Positions 8,290 to 16,120 of a stretch of 32,000 nt of DNA are shown here, piece after piece. Position numbers and translations under genes: made by a program. The notes beneath the pieces were generated by a model that did no database searches, had not been told where the DNA came from, and saw only the letters and a list, made by a program, of their open reading frames with translations. The first letter of the stretch is position 1; each line of letters starts with the position of its first letter. The DNA is from Candidatus Brocadia sp. (GTDB lineage: Bacteria > Planctomycetota > Brocadiia > Brocadiales > Brocadiaceae), in assembly GCA_021650915.1 (NCBI GenBank), contig CP091279.1, forward strand, positions 1,530,001 through 1,562,000, written 5' to 3'.

Positions 8290-11200
8290 ATGAAAAGGGA
8301 TGTTCGTGGGTATACAACGATAAAGAATTTCGCAAAGAGATTGGTTTTTCAGTCGATTCAAATAAAAAGAGATTGCATCGACTTTTTGACCCTTTTCAAC
8401 ATCAGAGACAAGAGAGCGCAGGATAGCCAAGGCGTTATCAAGTCGTCCTTGTGGACCGTTTGCAAGGTCGCTGTTGTCAACAGGGTGTATGGAGGAATGG
8501 CGCTCTTATGCTCCACAAGCCTGCTTCTTCTCATCATTGGTGGAATAGGGCTCTCGGTCCTTTTCCGTTTCCCTTTTGGAGTAGCTGTTTTTTATACGGT
8601 CAGCCTGATCGCGCTTTGCTTCATATTTTTCAGGGCGTTGTTGCTCCCCTTGCTGTCCTTGCTGAACAGAGAAAAGATTGCCCTCCTGATTGAACAGAAG
8701 TATCCCTCCCTAAATAACGGCCTGATCAGCTCGATACAATTGTCTGTGGACAAATCACGGAGAAAAAAGGCCACAGGATATTCCGAACGCCTGATCTCGA
8801 TGCTGATCGACGATACCGCAAAACAATTAAAACAGCTGGACCTTAGCCAGGTGATCAGTAAAAGATTTTTCCGGTTGAGTTGTGTCATGCTGGTTGCATC
8901 CGCGCTTGTCTTTGGTGTGATAGGCATTATGAAGCCTTCATACCTGCACAAGAACATTCCCATCCTTTTAAGCTATTTAAGAAATGGAAAGGCTTTGGGG
9001 GAATCTGGATTCCCTGGTCCACCCAGCCCGGTTATTGGGGACATTACCATGAGTTACCGGTTCCCTCTCTACTCCGGATTACAGCCAAAGACGGTATATA
9101 ATACCAGCGGCGATATCAGGGCGTTAAAGGGAAGTGAGATTCAGATGAGCGCTCTCAGCGATCAATCACTGCTATCAGCGGCGATTATCTTTAACCATAC
9201 CCAAAGGATTCCCTTTCTCATAGAAAACGGGCGCACCATAAAAGGCGTCTTGTCATTGCTTGAGAGCGGCACCTACGTCTTTGAAACGACCGACTCCAAA
9301 GGCAGAACGGTTCAGGACGCTACACCGCATACCATACAGGTGGATCCCGACCGTTTTCCTGAAGTAACGATACACATGCCTGCAAAGGATCTTGCCGTGC
9401 ATGAGAAAGATACGGTCGAGATTCGGTATGCCGCCAAAGACGACTTCGGCATCGGCGAAATATCCCTGGTGTATGAACAGGGAGAAGAAAGAAAGAACCG
9501 GGTGCTTGCCAGCTTTGGTAAAACGCAACTCCAGTATAGTGGAGCGTATGCATGGTCGTTGAGCGAATTGACCCTGCAGCCGGATGATAAAATTGCGTAC
9601 TACATCGAGGTGAAGGATAACGATGCGATCTCTGGTCCCAAGGTCAGCAGGTCCACAACCTTTTATCTGGAGATATACAGTTCACGGAAAAAGCACATAG
9701 AATTAGTGCAGCTCCAGGAGGCGCTTTTGCAAGAACTGATTCATATGCTGGCAGACGACCTCACGAAAAGGATCGACGATGAAAGATGTGCAGTGAAAGA
9801 GTACCTGACCATGACGCAAGATGGTATCCAGGACCGGGCAGAAAAGATTATTGGCCTCTTCACCGATATTTTGGTGGGTATGCAGGACGATGTCATGGCA
9901 AATTACAGCGTCTATTATTCCCTCGAAAACCTGAAAAACAACTTCCGTAACGTTACGGAGAAGAAACGTGAGGCCATCCGTCACGCCGTCCTCAGTTCTG
10001 ACGCGACCACAATCCCGGTTTCACAGTTGCATGAGTTACAAAAATTCCAGGACGAAGAGGTGATTAACGTAGAAGATAGCATCATCTTCTTGCATGACCT
10101 CATAAGAAAGCAAAGGCTGGAAGAGGTCCTGGACACGGGGAAAAATCTGGTTCAATCCCAGAATACTCTTGAAAAGCTGCTGGAGCAGTTACGGAAAGGT
10201 GAAGACGCCAAGCTGAATGAAAAGGTGCTTGCGGAGCTCAAGCGAATCGAAGAAACCATCCGACAGATGATGGAAAAGCTTATGCAGATGGCGCAGGGAG
10301 AGCATATGGATGAATTTTTGAATGCTGATGCACTGAGGCAGCTTGAGCAGAAGGATGTGATGAAGGAACTGGATGCTATGAAGGAGGCATTCAACAAGGG
10401 AAACCTGGATGCAGCCTTACAATCAGCCCAGAGATTTCTTTCCGCCCTTCAGGGTATGATGAACCAGATGCAATCCTCCGCGAAAAACCTTGCGGACTCA
10501 TCCTATGATGAGATGCTCAAGGAAACCAACCAGTTCCTCGATAAAATATCTGAGTTGGAAAATAAGGAAAGAAAGCTCACCGAAAACACCAATGCATTGA
10601 AGAAAGATATCCAGAAACGCATCTCGGAAGCCACGGAAGAAAACCTTCGGTCTTTTTTCCAAAAGCAAGGGGAGCGGGTAGCAACCATCAGAAAAGATAT
10701 CGCCGAAGCGAAGGAAATGCTGGCGCAAAACAAATTATTGCAGGAGTATTTACAGGTAAACCGCGAATTACAACGTATGTCGGATGGAAGAAACGCGATG
10801 GCAGGCAGGTTTCGTGAGTTGTTTGGCGGCAATGAAGAGGGAGAGGATTATGTGGAAGAATTCGATGCCGTGACGGAAACAGCAAAGAAAAATGCCGAAC
10901 TAAACCGGGCTATCAATAAGGATCCATTACAGCGTGACTTCCTGTCGATGTCCCGGGACCTCCCGCAGGCGGAAGAGACCCTGACTCATCTGGAAGAGAT
11001 GTTAAATGCCTGGGAGGTAAAAGAGTCGTTGGGGCTGGCAAAGGAGTTGTCAAACAGCGTAAATCAATGGAACAACCGTATGAAGCGCACCCTGGAGCAG
11101 AAATCAGTCGCCGGGAAAGAGGATATATCCAAAAAAGACCGGGAAATACCTGAACGGGTCGAGGATGCAGCCCGGCAAAATCAACACATTATTCAGGATC

Positions 11201-11754
11201 TGGAGGCGATGATGGAACGGCTTGAAGATCAGCAACTTGCCAGTATGACACCGGAAGACCAGGATGCCCTGCGGAAATATGCCAAAGAGCAAAAAGAATT
11301 GCAGGAAGAGACGGACGATCTCAGGGAAATGACAGGAGAACGTTCTCAGCAAAATCCCTTTATGGACGAGGATGCCGATAACCAGCTCGACCTGGCATCG
11401 AAGTCGATGGAAGGGGCAGGAAAGAAGCTGGAGAAACACGATATGCAGGGCGCCCTCAATGACGAACGGGAATCTCTGTACCGCCTTGCAGAAGCAAAGA
11501 AAGGTATGGAAAAGGCAAAGGAACGTATCGCGAGAGGGATGATGGGGCAAGGAATGCCCATGCCCATGCCTTTCCGGGGACAGAGGGACGAAGGACAGTT
11601 TGGCGCTTCCACGGAAAAGGTTGAAATACCATCAGAGGAGGCATACAAGGTCCCCAAGGAATTCAGGGAGGATATTCTGAACGCCTTAAAAGAAGGGCTG
11701 CCGGAAAAATACCAGGATCTGAACAAAGATTATTATCAGAGATTGGTGGATTAA
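8290..11754 (+). CDS. Large membrane-anchored coiled-coil protein (DUF4175-like by recollection)
   Basis: 1154-aa ORF with two N-terminal hydrophobic helices (ALLCSTSLLLLIIGGIGLSVLF, VAVFYTVSLIALCFIFF) and a further one near residue 200. A beta-rich region of about 200 aa follows, then more than 600 aa of E/K/Q/L-rich heptad-like sequence. The tail reads ..MPMPMPFRGQRDEGQFG..PKEFREDILNALKEGLPEKYQDLNKDYYQRLVD. Confidence 0.8.
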   Translation: MKRDVRGYTTIKNFAKRLVFQSIQIKRDCIDFLTLFNIRDKRAQDSQGVIKSSLWTVCKVAVVNRVYGGMALLCSTSLLLLIIGGIGLSVLFRFPFGVAVFYTVSLIALCFIFFRALLLPLLSLLNREKIALLIEQKYPSLNNGLISSIQLSVDKSRRKKATGYSERLISMLIDDTAKQLKQLDLSQVISKRFFRLSCVMLVASALVFGVIGIMKPSYLHKNIPILLSYLRNGKALGESGFPGPPSPVIGDITMSYRFPLYSGLQPKTVYNTSGDIRALKGSEIQMSALSDQSLLSAAIIFNHTQRIPFLIENGRTIKGVLSLLESGTYVFETTDSKGRTVQDATPHTIQVDPDRFPEVTIHMPAKDLAVHEKDTVEIRYAAKDDFGIGEISLVYEQGEERKNRVLASFGKTQLQYSGAYAWSLSELTLQPDDKIAYYIEVKDNDAISGPKVSRSTTFYLEIYSSRKKHIELVQLQEALLQELIHMLADDLTKRIDDERCAVKEYLTMTQDGIQDRAEKIIGLFTDILVGMQDDVMANYSVYYSLENLKNNFRNVTEKKREAIRHAVLSSDATTIPVSQLHELQKFQDEEVINVEDSIIFLHDLIRKQRLEEVLDTGKNLVQSQNTLEKLLEQLRKGEDAKLNEKVLAELKRIEETIRQMMEKLMQMAQGEHMDEFLNADALRQLEQKDVMKELDAMKEAFNKGNLDAALQSAQRFLSALQGMMNQMQSSAKNLADSSYDEMLKETNQFLDKISELENKERKLTENTNALKKDIQKRISEATEENLRSFFQKQGERVATIRKDIAEAKEMLAQNKLLQEYLQVNRELQRMSDGRNAMAGRFRELFGGNEEGEDYVEEFDAVTETAKKNAELNRAINKDPLQRDFLSMSRDLPQAEETLTHLEEMLNAWEVKESLGLAKELSNSVNQWNNRMKRTLEQKSVAGKEDISKKDREIPERVEDAARQNQHIIQDLEAMMERLEDQQLASMTPEDQDALRKYAKEQKELQEETDDLREMTGERSQQNPFMDEDADNQLDLASKSMEGAGKKLEKHDMQGALNDERESLYRLAEAKKGMEKAKERIARGMMGQGMPMPMPFRGQRDEGQFGASTEKVEIPSEEAYKVPKEFREDILNALKEGLPEKYQDLNKDYYQRLVD

Positions 11755-11757
11755 ACA

Positions 11758-11829
11758 GGGCGAAGCATTTGCCATAAATTGGCATAAAGGTATTCACACC
11801 CCAAGCAGGCAAATGCTTCGCCCCTTTTC
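11758..11829 (+). terminator. Putative intrinsic terminator after the coiled-coil protein gene
   Basis: Perfect 16-bp stem GGGCGAAGCATTTGCC (11758-11773) pairing with GGCAAATGCTTCGCCC (11808-11823), followed by CTTTTC. The 34-nt loop is long for a terminator. Confidence 0.55.
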
Positions 11830-11898
11830 AAAAAACTAAAGTGTTACAAAAGAACAATGTCAACGACCCTTGAGAATGAAGGGAGGATAACAAAAGAT

Positions 11899-12284
11899 AT
11901 GAATATGTTAAAGCAAGAAGCCATAAATGCAATTTCTCATTTGCCTGATACGGCTGATATTGATGAGCTAATGTATAGTCTCTATAGTATTACTGTATAA
12001 AAACTTCTTTTTTTGTAAGTTTTTTCACAAACCCCTTTCAGGAGGTACCGTTTTTTTTATGGGTGAAAGATTGCTTCGCTTCACTCGCAATGACAACGTG
12101 CAATGTGCCATCAAAGTGCATGGTCGCTGTCATTGCGAGGGCCTTTTCCGAAGCAATCTCCCCGCTTTCATAAAGGAAATTTGGTTGCGGCTGTGCCGCG
12201 CTAGGTAATCGATAAAGTAAGGCGTTTGAACGTGGCGACACGATATCAACTGAGGAATTAAAAAAAGGAATTGAAACATGGTAA
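11899..12284 (+). pseudogene. Addiction-module antitoxin, split by an insertion of about 219 bp and frameshifted
   Basis: The N-terminal part, 11899-11985, reads MNMLKQEAINAISHLPDTADIDELMYSLY. The C-terminal part resumes at 12205 as VIDKVRR, shifts by 1 nt, then reads AFERGDTISTEELKKGIETW* ending at 12284. The end overlaps the toxin ATG (ATGGTAA), which is typical antitoxin-toxin coupling. Confidence 0.6.
12068..12198. repeat. Inverted pair of GTCATTGCGAG..CGAAGCAATCT units plus a GCGGC-TGT-GCCGC hairpin, inside the insertion 11986-12204
   Basis: 12068-12094 (AGATTGCTTCGCTTCACTCGCAATGACA) is the reverse complement of the unit at 12129-12159 (GTCATTGCGAGGGCCTTTTCCGAAGCAATCT). Tail TGGTTGCGGCTGTGCCGC lies at 12181-12198. 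The element is related to 5440-5582. Confidence 0.65.
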
Positions 12285-12560
12285 CGTAGTCTAATCCTGC
12301 AAAAAATGATTTGAAACAGATTCATGAGTATATTGCAAAAGATTCTAAATATTATGCAAGGAATGTATCGCGTGATATTGCCGAAAAAACTGAGCAGTTA
12401 GATAAATTTTCTGAAATAGGCAGACCTAATATAAGAGGGTTAATCATTTATTCGTATCAACATTTATGAAGTATTATCAGATGAAATAGAAATTCTCGCA
12501 ATCATCCCGAGCAGGAGGGATTTTTCATCCTTAAATGTCGACGAGGGAACTCATGAATAA
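12278..12560 (+). pseudogene. ParE/RelE-family toxin pseudogene (one nonsense codon, one frameshift)
   Basis: Frame 1 reads MVT*SNPAKNDLKQIHEYIAKDSKYYARNVSRDIAEKTEQLDKFSEIGRPNIRGLIIY. The TAG at 12287-12289 sits where the family has Trp (TGG). After a 1-nt shift near 12447-12455 it continues IRINIYEVLSDEIEILAIIPSRRDFSSLNVDEGTHE*. The reconstruction is about 94 aa, a typical toxin size. Confidence 0.6.
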
Positions 12561-12623
12561 ATGTATCATTTTGTAGAAATTGGTAAAAGTTATATAGGAA
12601 TAGAACTGAGCGGATACTTTTGA

Positions 12624-14213
12624 ATGAAAAAATATTTCATCGCATTAGCATTTATGTTGACGGCCTTTAGTTTCCTGGAATTTAAAGCTATTGCCCAGGA
12701 AGCAAGGTTCTTTGACGTCTTTGGGGAGATAACGTATGGCGAGGAGTGCCTGCAGTCATGGCAGATGGAAGAGGCATCAGCGGTTGCTGAAAAGCTGCTT
12801 CTGATTGGCCGGAACAATCCGTATGTATGTTTTTTTGCCGGCAAGGTGCGTTTTTATGAGGGCAATTATCAGGAATCGTTATCATATCTGAAGGAGGCGT
12901 TAAAAGACCCTGGATTAGCAGAAACGGGGAAAAAATTTTATGACCTGGTAGACAGGATTTATCAAACGGCCGGTAAATTTAAAGAGGTGAAAACGGAGCA
13001 CTTCCTCTTTCGATACCTGGAGGAAAAGGATGCAATCCTGGCCGAGTATGCCCTGGATACCCTTGAAAAGGCTTATCACGCGATCGGGAACGACCTTCAG
13101 TATTTTCCCAGGAAACCTGTCCTTGTCGAAGTATTTCCCGATGCAGAAAGTTTTTGTGCCATTTCGACCCTCACCAAAAACGAGATAGAAACCTCCGGCA
13201 CGGTCGCGATCTGTTTATTCAATCGCATCATCATTACCAGCCCGCGCCTGCTGCCGAGGGGGTATCAGTGGCTTGATACCCTGACCCATGAGTATGTGCA
13301 CTACGTCATCATGAAAAAGACGTACAATCGTGTGCCCATCTGGCTTCACGAAGGTCTTGCCAAATATGAAGAGGGACGCTGGCTTGAAGGCATCTCTCCA
13401 AAACTTCCGGTTTCTCTGGAAAGTCTGGTGGCAGAGGCGATAGAAAAAAATTATTTCATTACCTTCGAGCAGATGCATCCCTCCCTGGCGAAATTAAAGA
13501 GAAAAGAGGATACCGCCCTTGCCTTTGCCGAGGTCTTTACGGTAATTGACTACCTTTTCAACCATGGCGGTTATCCTGCACTCATATCCATTCTGGACGA
13601 CATCAGGGGCGGAAAATCACCGGAAGAAGCGGTGTCGTTGGCAACGGGGGTTCCCTTTGCAGTGTTTGAAAAGAACTGGTTGCAGGACCTGAAGCAGAAA
13701 AAATTCCGGAGAATACACGGTATTCAGATGCTCCCCACGAAGCTGCAGGAAACATCAGCCATCGTAGATGACGTGGAAAGCGTTGCTGAAATCGAGGTAA
13801 AGGACGCCCGGAAGTTTGCTGTCTTGGGTGACCTCCTGCGTCGTGAAGGGCTACAGAATGCAGCCATTATAGAGTATGAGAAGGCAAACAAAAAAGCGGG
13901 CAATATTTCTCCGCAAATCCAGAACAAATTAGCCATGTCCTATCTTATGGATACGCAGTATGCAAAGGCAGAGGAAATCCTGCAGGTTGCCCTTGAATAT
14001 TATCCCGAATACCCTGCCACCTATATTTCACTCGGCGAGCTTTACCAGAGAAAAGGGGAATACGATACCGCCATTGAGTTCCTGTCACGAGCCAACCACA
14101 TTAATCCCTTTCATCCCGGTGTCCACAAAAACCTGGCGCAGTTATATCAGAAACGGGACAGGAAGGATGATGCGGCTGCCGAACTCAGGCGACTCATGAT
14201 GCTGACTCAATAG
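12624..14213 (+). CDS. Secreted TPR-repeat protein with a gluzincin-like HExxH (peptidase MA-like) domain
   Basis: Signal peptide MKKYFIALAFMLTAFSFLEFKAIAQE. HEYVH is followed 16 residues later by WLHEGLAKYEE, comparable to the HExxH..WLNEGFA arrangement of M1-type gluzincins. C-terminal TPR-like repeats include ..AIIEYEKANK.., ..LGELYQRKGEYDTAIEFLSRA.. and ..LAQLYQKRDRKDDA.. Confidence 0.8.
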   Translation: MKKYFIALAFMLTAFSFLEFKAIAQEARFFDVFGEITYGEECLQSWQMEEASAVAEKLLLIGRNNPYVCFFAGKVRFYEGNYQESLSYLKEALKDPGLAETGKKFYDLVDRIYQTAGKFKEVKTEHFLFRYLEEKDAILAEYALDTLEKAYHAIGNDLQYFPRKPVLVEVFPDAESFCAISTLTKNEIETSGTVAICLFNRIIITSPRLLPRGYQWLDTLTHEYVHYVIMKKTYNRVPIWLHEGLAKYEEGRWLEGISPKLPVSLESLVAEAIEKNYFITFEQMHPSLAKLKRKEDTALAFAEVFTVIDYLFNHGGYPALISILDDIRGGKSPEEAVSLATGVPFAVFEKNWLQDLKQKKFRRIHGIQMLPTKLQETSAIVDDVESVAEIEVKDARKFAVLGDLLRREGLQNAAIIEYEKANKKAGNISPQIQNKLAMSYLMDTQYAKAEEILQVALEYYPEYPATYISLGELYQRKGEYDTAIEFLSRANHINPFHPGVHKNLAQLYQKRDRKDDAAAELRRLMMLTQ

Positions 14214-14326
14214 GAAAGACGCGTAACGAAAGATAACATCATGCTGCTTTTTTCAAAAACAAATTCGAATAATCAGATCACTGAAAATCGTTGAGACCAC
14301 ATCCGTCATGGTTTACACGGTAAGTT

Positions 14327-15955
14327 ATGAACCTTGAATTCTTTCAATCCATTGCCCTGTCGGTAGCCAATGAACGCTCGGTGGATGTTGTTTTCCGTAC
14401 TATTGTGAATGGGCTGGCCGACGGCCCGGATGTTGTTCTTGCCAGAATTTGGCTCATAGAGCCGGGCGATATATGCCATGTCTGCCCCTGGTTGAAGAAT
14501 TGTCCGGATCAAACGAGATGCCTGCATCTGGTGGCAAGCAATGGCCGGTCGCTTCATCGCAAACAGCGCTATACCGGGCTGAAAGGCCATTATAAACGCT
14601 TTCCCCTTTACACGACTGAATCGTATGACAATACTGCTACCGGGAAAATTGGCTATATCGGTGGAACCGGCAAGGCTATTTTGCGAAACGATATCATTGA
14701 AAATCCAAACTGGCTGCTGGATCCGGAGTGGGCAAAGCAGGAAAAAATAGCGAGTTTTGCCGGCCAACCACTTGTCTTTCGGGATGAAACACTTGGCGTG
14801 CTTGCTCTCTTCAGCAGAAAGGTCTTGGATCAATCGCACCTGGTGATGCTTCGAACCTTTGCTTACAACGCCGCGTCTGCGATTGCCAATGCCAGGGCAT
14901 TTGAGGAAATCGAACAGTTACGCCACCGGCTGGAACTGGAAAATGAATATCTTCGCGACAAGGTGCGGGACGTAGCTGCCTTTGGAAACATCGTAGGGCA
15001 GAGCCCTGCGTTGGAAAAAATTCTCCGGCAAATATATCTGGTAGCGCCTACCGACGCGACCGTGCTTATCCATGGAGAGTCCGGGACGGGAAAAGAACTT
15101 ATTGCTCTGGCGATTCATCAGAGAAGCAAGCGAAAAAATCGACCCCTCATTAAGGTCAACTGCGCATCCATCCCCAGGGAGCTCTTTGAGAGCGAGTTTT
15201 TTGGACACGTAAAGGGCGCATTCACAGGAGCGCTGAGGGATAGGACAGGCAGGTTTCAGCTTGCAGACGGGGGAACGCTCTTTCTTGACGAGGTGGGAGA
15301 TATACCCTTGGAACTACAAAGCAAGTTACTGCGTGTGCTTCAGGAAGGCGAGTTCGAAAGGATTGGCGAGGAGAAGACCCGGCGGGTAAACGTGCGGGTA
15401 ATTGCAGCAACCAACCGGGATCTGAAAAAGGAGATGGAGGCAAAACGGTTCCGGCAGGACCTGTACTTTCGGTTAAGCGCCTTTCCCCTGGAAATCGTTC
15501 CCCTCAGAAACAGGAAGGAAGACATTCCCCTCTTAGCGAAAGAATTTGTAAAGCAGATATGCCAGAGCATGGGGTTGAAAGAATTGCCGTTGAAGAAAAA
15601 ACATATGCTTCAACTCCAGAACTATGATTGGCCTGGAAATATACGGGAACTGCGAAATGTGATTGAGCATGCAGTAATTGTGTCGAGAGGCAGGGAGTTG
15701 AGATTGAATTTGCCGGAAATTTCGATGGAAAAGACCTTGCCGCCCATATCTTCTTCCGCCAAAAGCATCGAACGTTCCGGTGAAATTCTCACCTTTGAGG
15801 ATTTACGAAAGCTGGAAAAAGAAAATATGCTGAAGGCGCTCTACCAATCAAATTGGAAGGTGTCAGGCCATGGCGGGGCAGCAGAACTTCTCGGCGTGAA
15901 ACCTACCACCCTGGCGTCTCAGATAAAGGCCTTTGGGATTAAAAAACGGCCTTAG
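14327..15955 (+). CDS. Sigma-54-dependent transcriptional activator with an N-terminal GAF domain
   Basis: AAA+ core with GESGTGKE (Walker A), the GAFTGA sigma-54 contact loop and LFLDEVG (Walker B). C-terminal Fis-type HTH is AAELLGVKPTTLASQIKAFGI. The N-terminal 170 aa or so are GAF-like and contain CHVCPWLKNCPDQTRC. Confidence 0.93.
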   Translation: MNLEFFQSIALSVANERSVDVVFRTIVNGLADGPDVVLARIWLIEPGDICHVCPWLKNCPDQTRCLHLVASNGRSLHRKQRYTGLKGHYKRFPLYTTESYDNTATGKIGYIGGTGKAILRNDIIENPNWLLDPEWAKQEKIASFAGQPLVFRDETLGVLALFSRKVLDQSHLVMLRTFAYNAASAIANARAFEEIEQLRHRLELENEYLRDKVRDVAAFGNIVGQSPALEKILRQIYLVAPTDATVLIHGESGTGKELIALAIHQRSKRKNRPLIKVNCASIPRELFESEFFGHVKGAFTGALRDRTGRFQLADGGTLFLDEVGDIPLELQSKLLRVLQEGEFERIGEEKTRRVNVRVIAATNRDLKKEMEAKRFRQDLYFRLSAFPLEIVPLRNRKEDIPLLAKEFVKQICQSMGLKELPLKKKHMLQLQNYDWPGNIRELRNVIEHAVIVSRGRELRLNLPEISMEKTLPPISSSAKSIERSGEILTFEDLRKLEKENMLKALYQSNWKVSGHGGAAELLGVKPTTLASQIKAFGIKKRP

Positions 15956-16055
15956 TCCGCATATCTCAGATCTCATTGCGGGAATTTCCATCTCAAAAGA
16001 ATGTTTTAAGCAAAACACTCTTTCTGCGGTTACAATCCGTTCTATTTATTTTTAT

Positions 16056-16091
16056 GCAAAAAAAGAGGCTGTGCAAACTTCACACAGCCTC
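16056..16091 (-). terminator. Intrinsic terminator of the octahaem cytochrome gene
   Basis: On the - strand a 9-bp stem, GAGGCTGTG (16083-16091 complement) pairing with CACAGCCTC (16065-16073 complement), has a 9-nt loop and is followed by T7 (A-run 16058-16064 on +). It lies 30 nt after the stop. Confidence 0.8.
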
Positions 16092-16120
16092 CTTTAACTG
16101 ATAACTAAAAATAAAACAAC

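Noticed and set aside
12038-12325. 95-aa - strand ORF (contains ..VIASEAKQSF..).
   Set aside because: It is a translation of the palindromic repeat pair and of the decayed antitoxin/toxin junction. It is a typical repeat-derived artefact.
14306-14839. 177-aa - strand ORF overlapping the 5' part of the sigma-54 activator gene.
   Set aside because: It lies entirely antisense to a well-supported GAF domain coding region and has no motifs.
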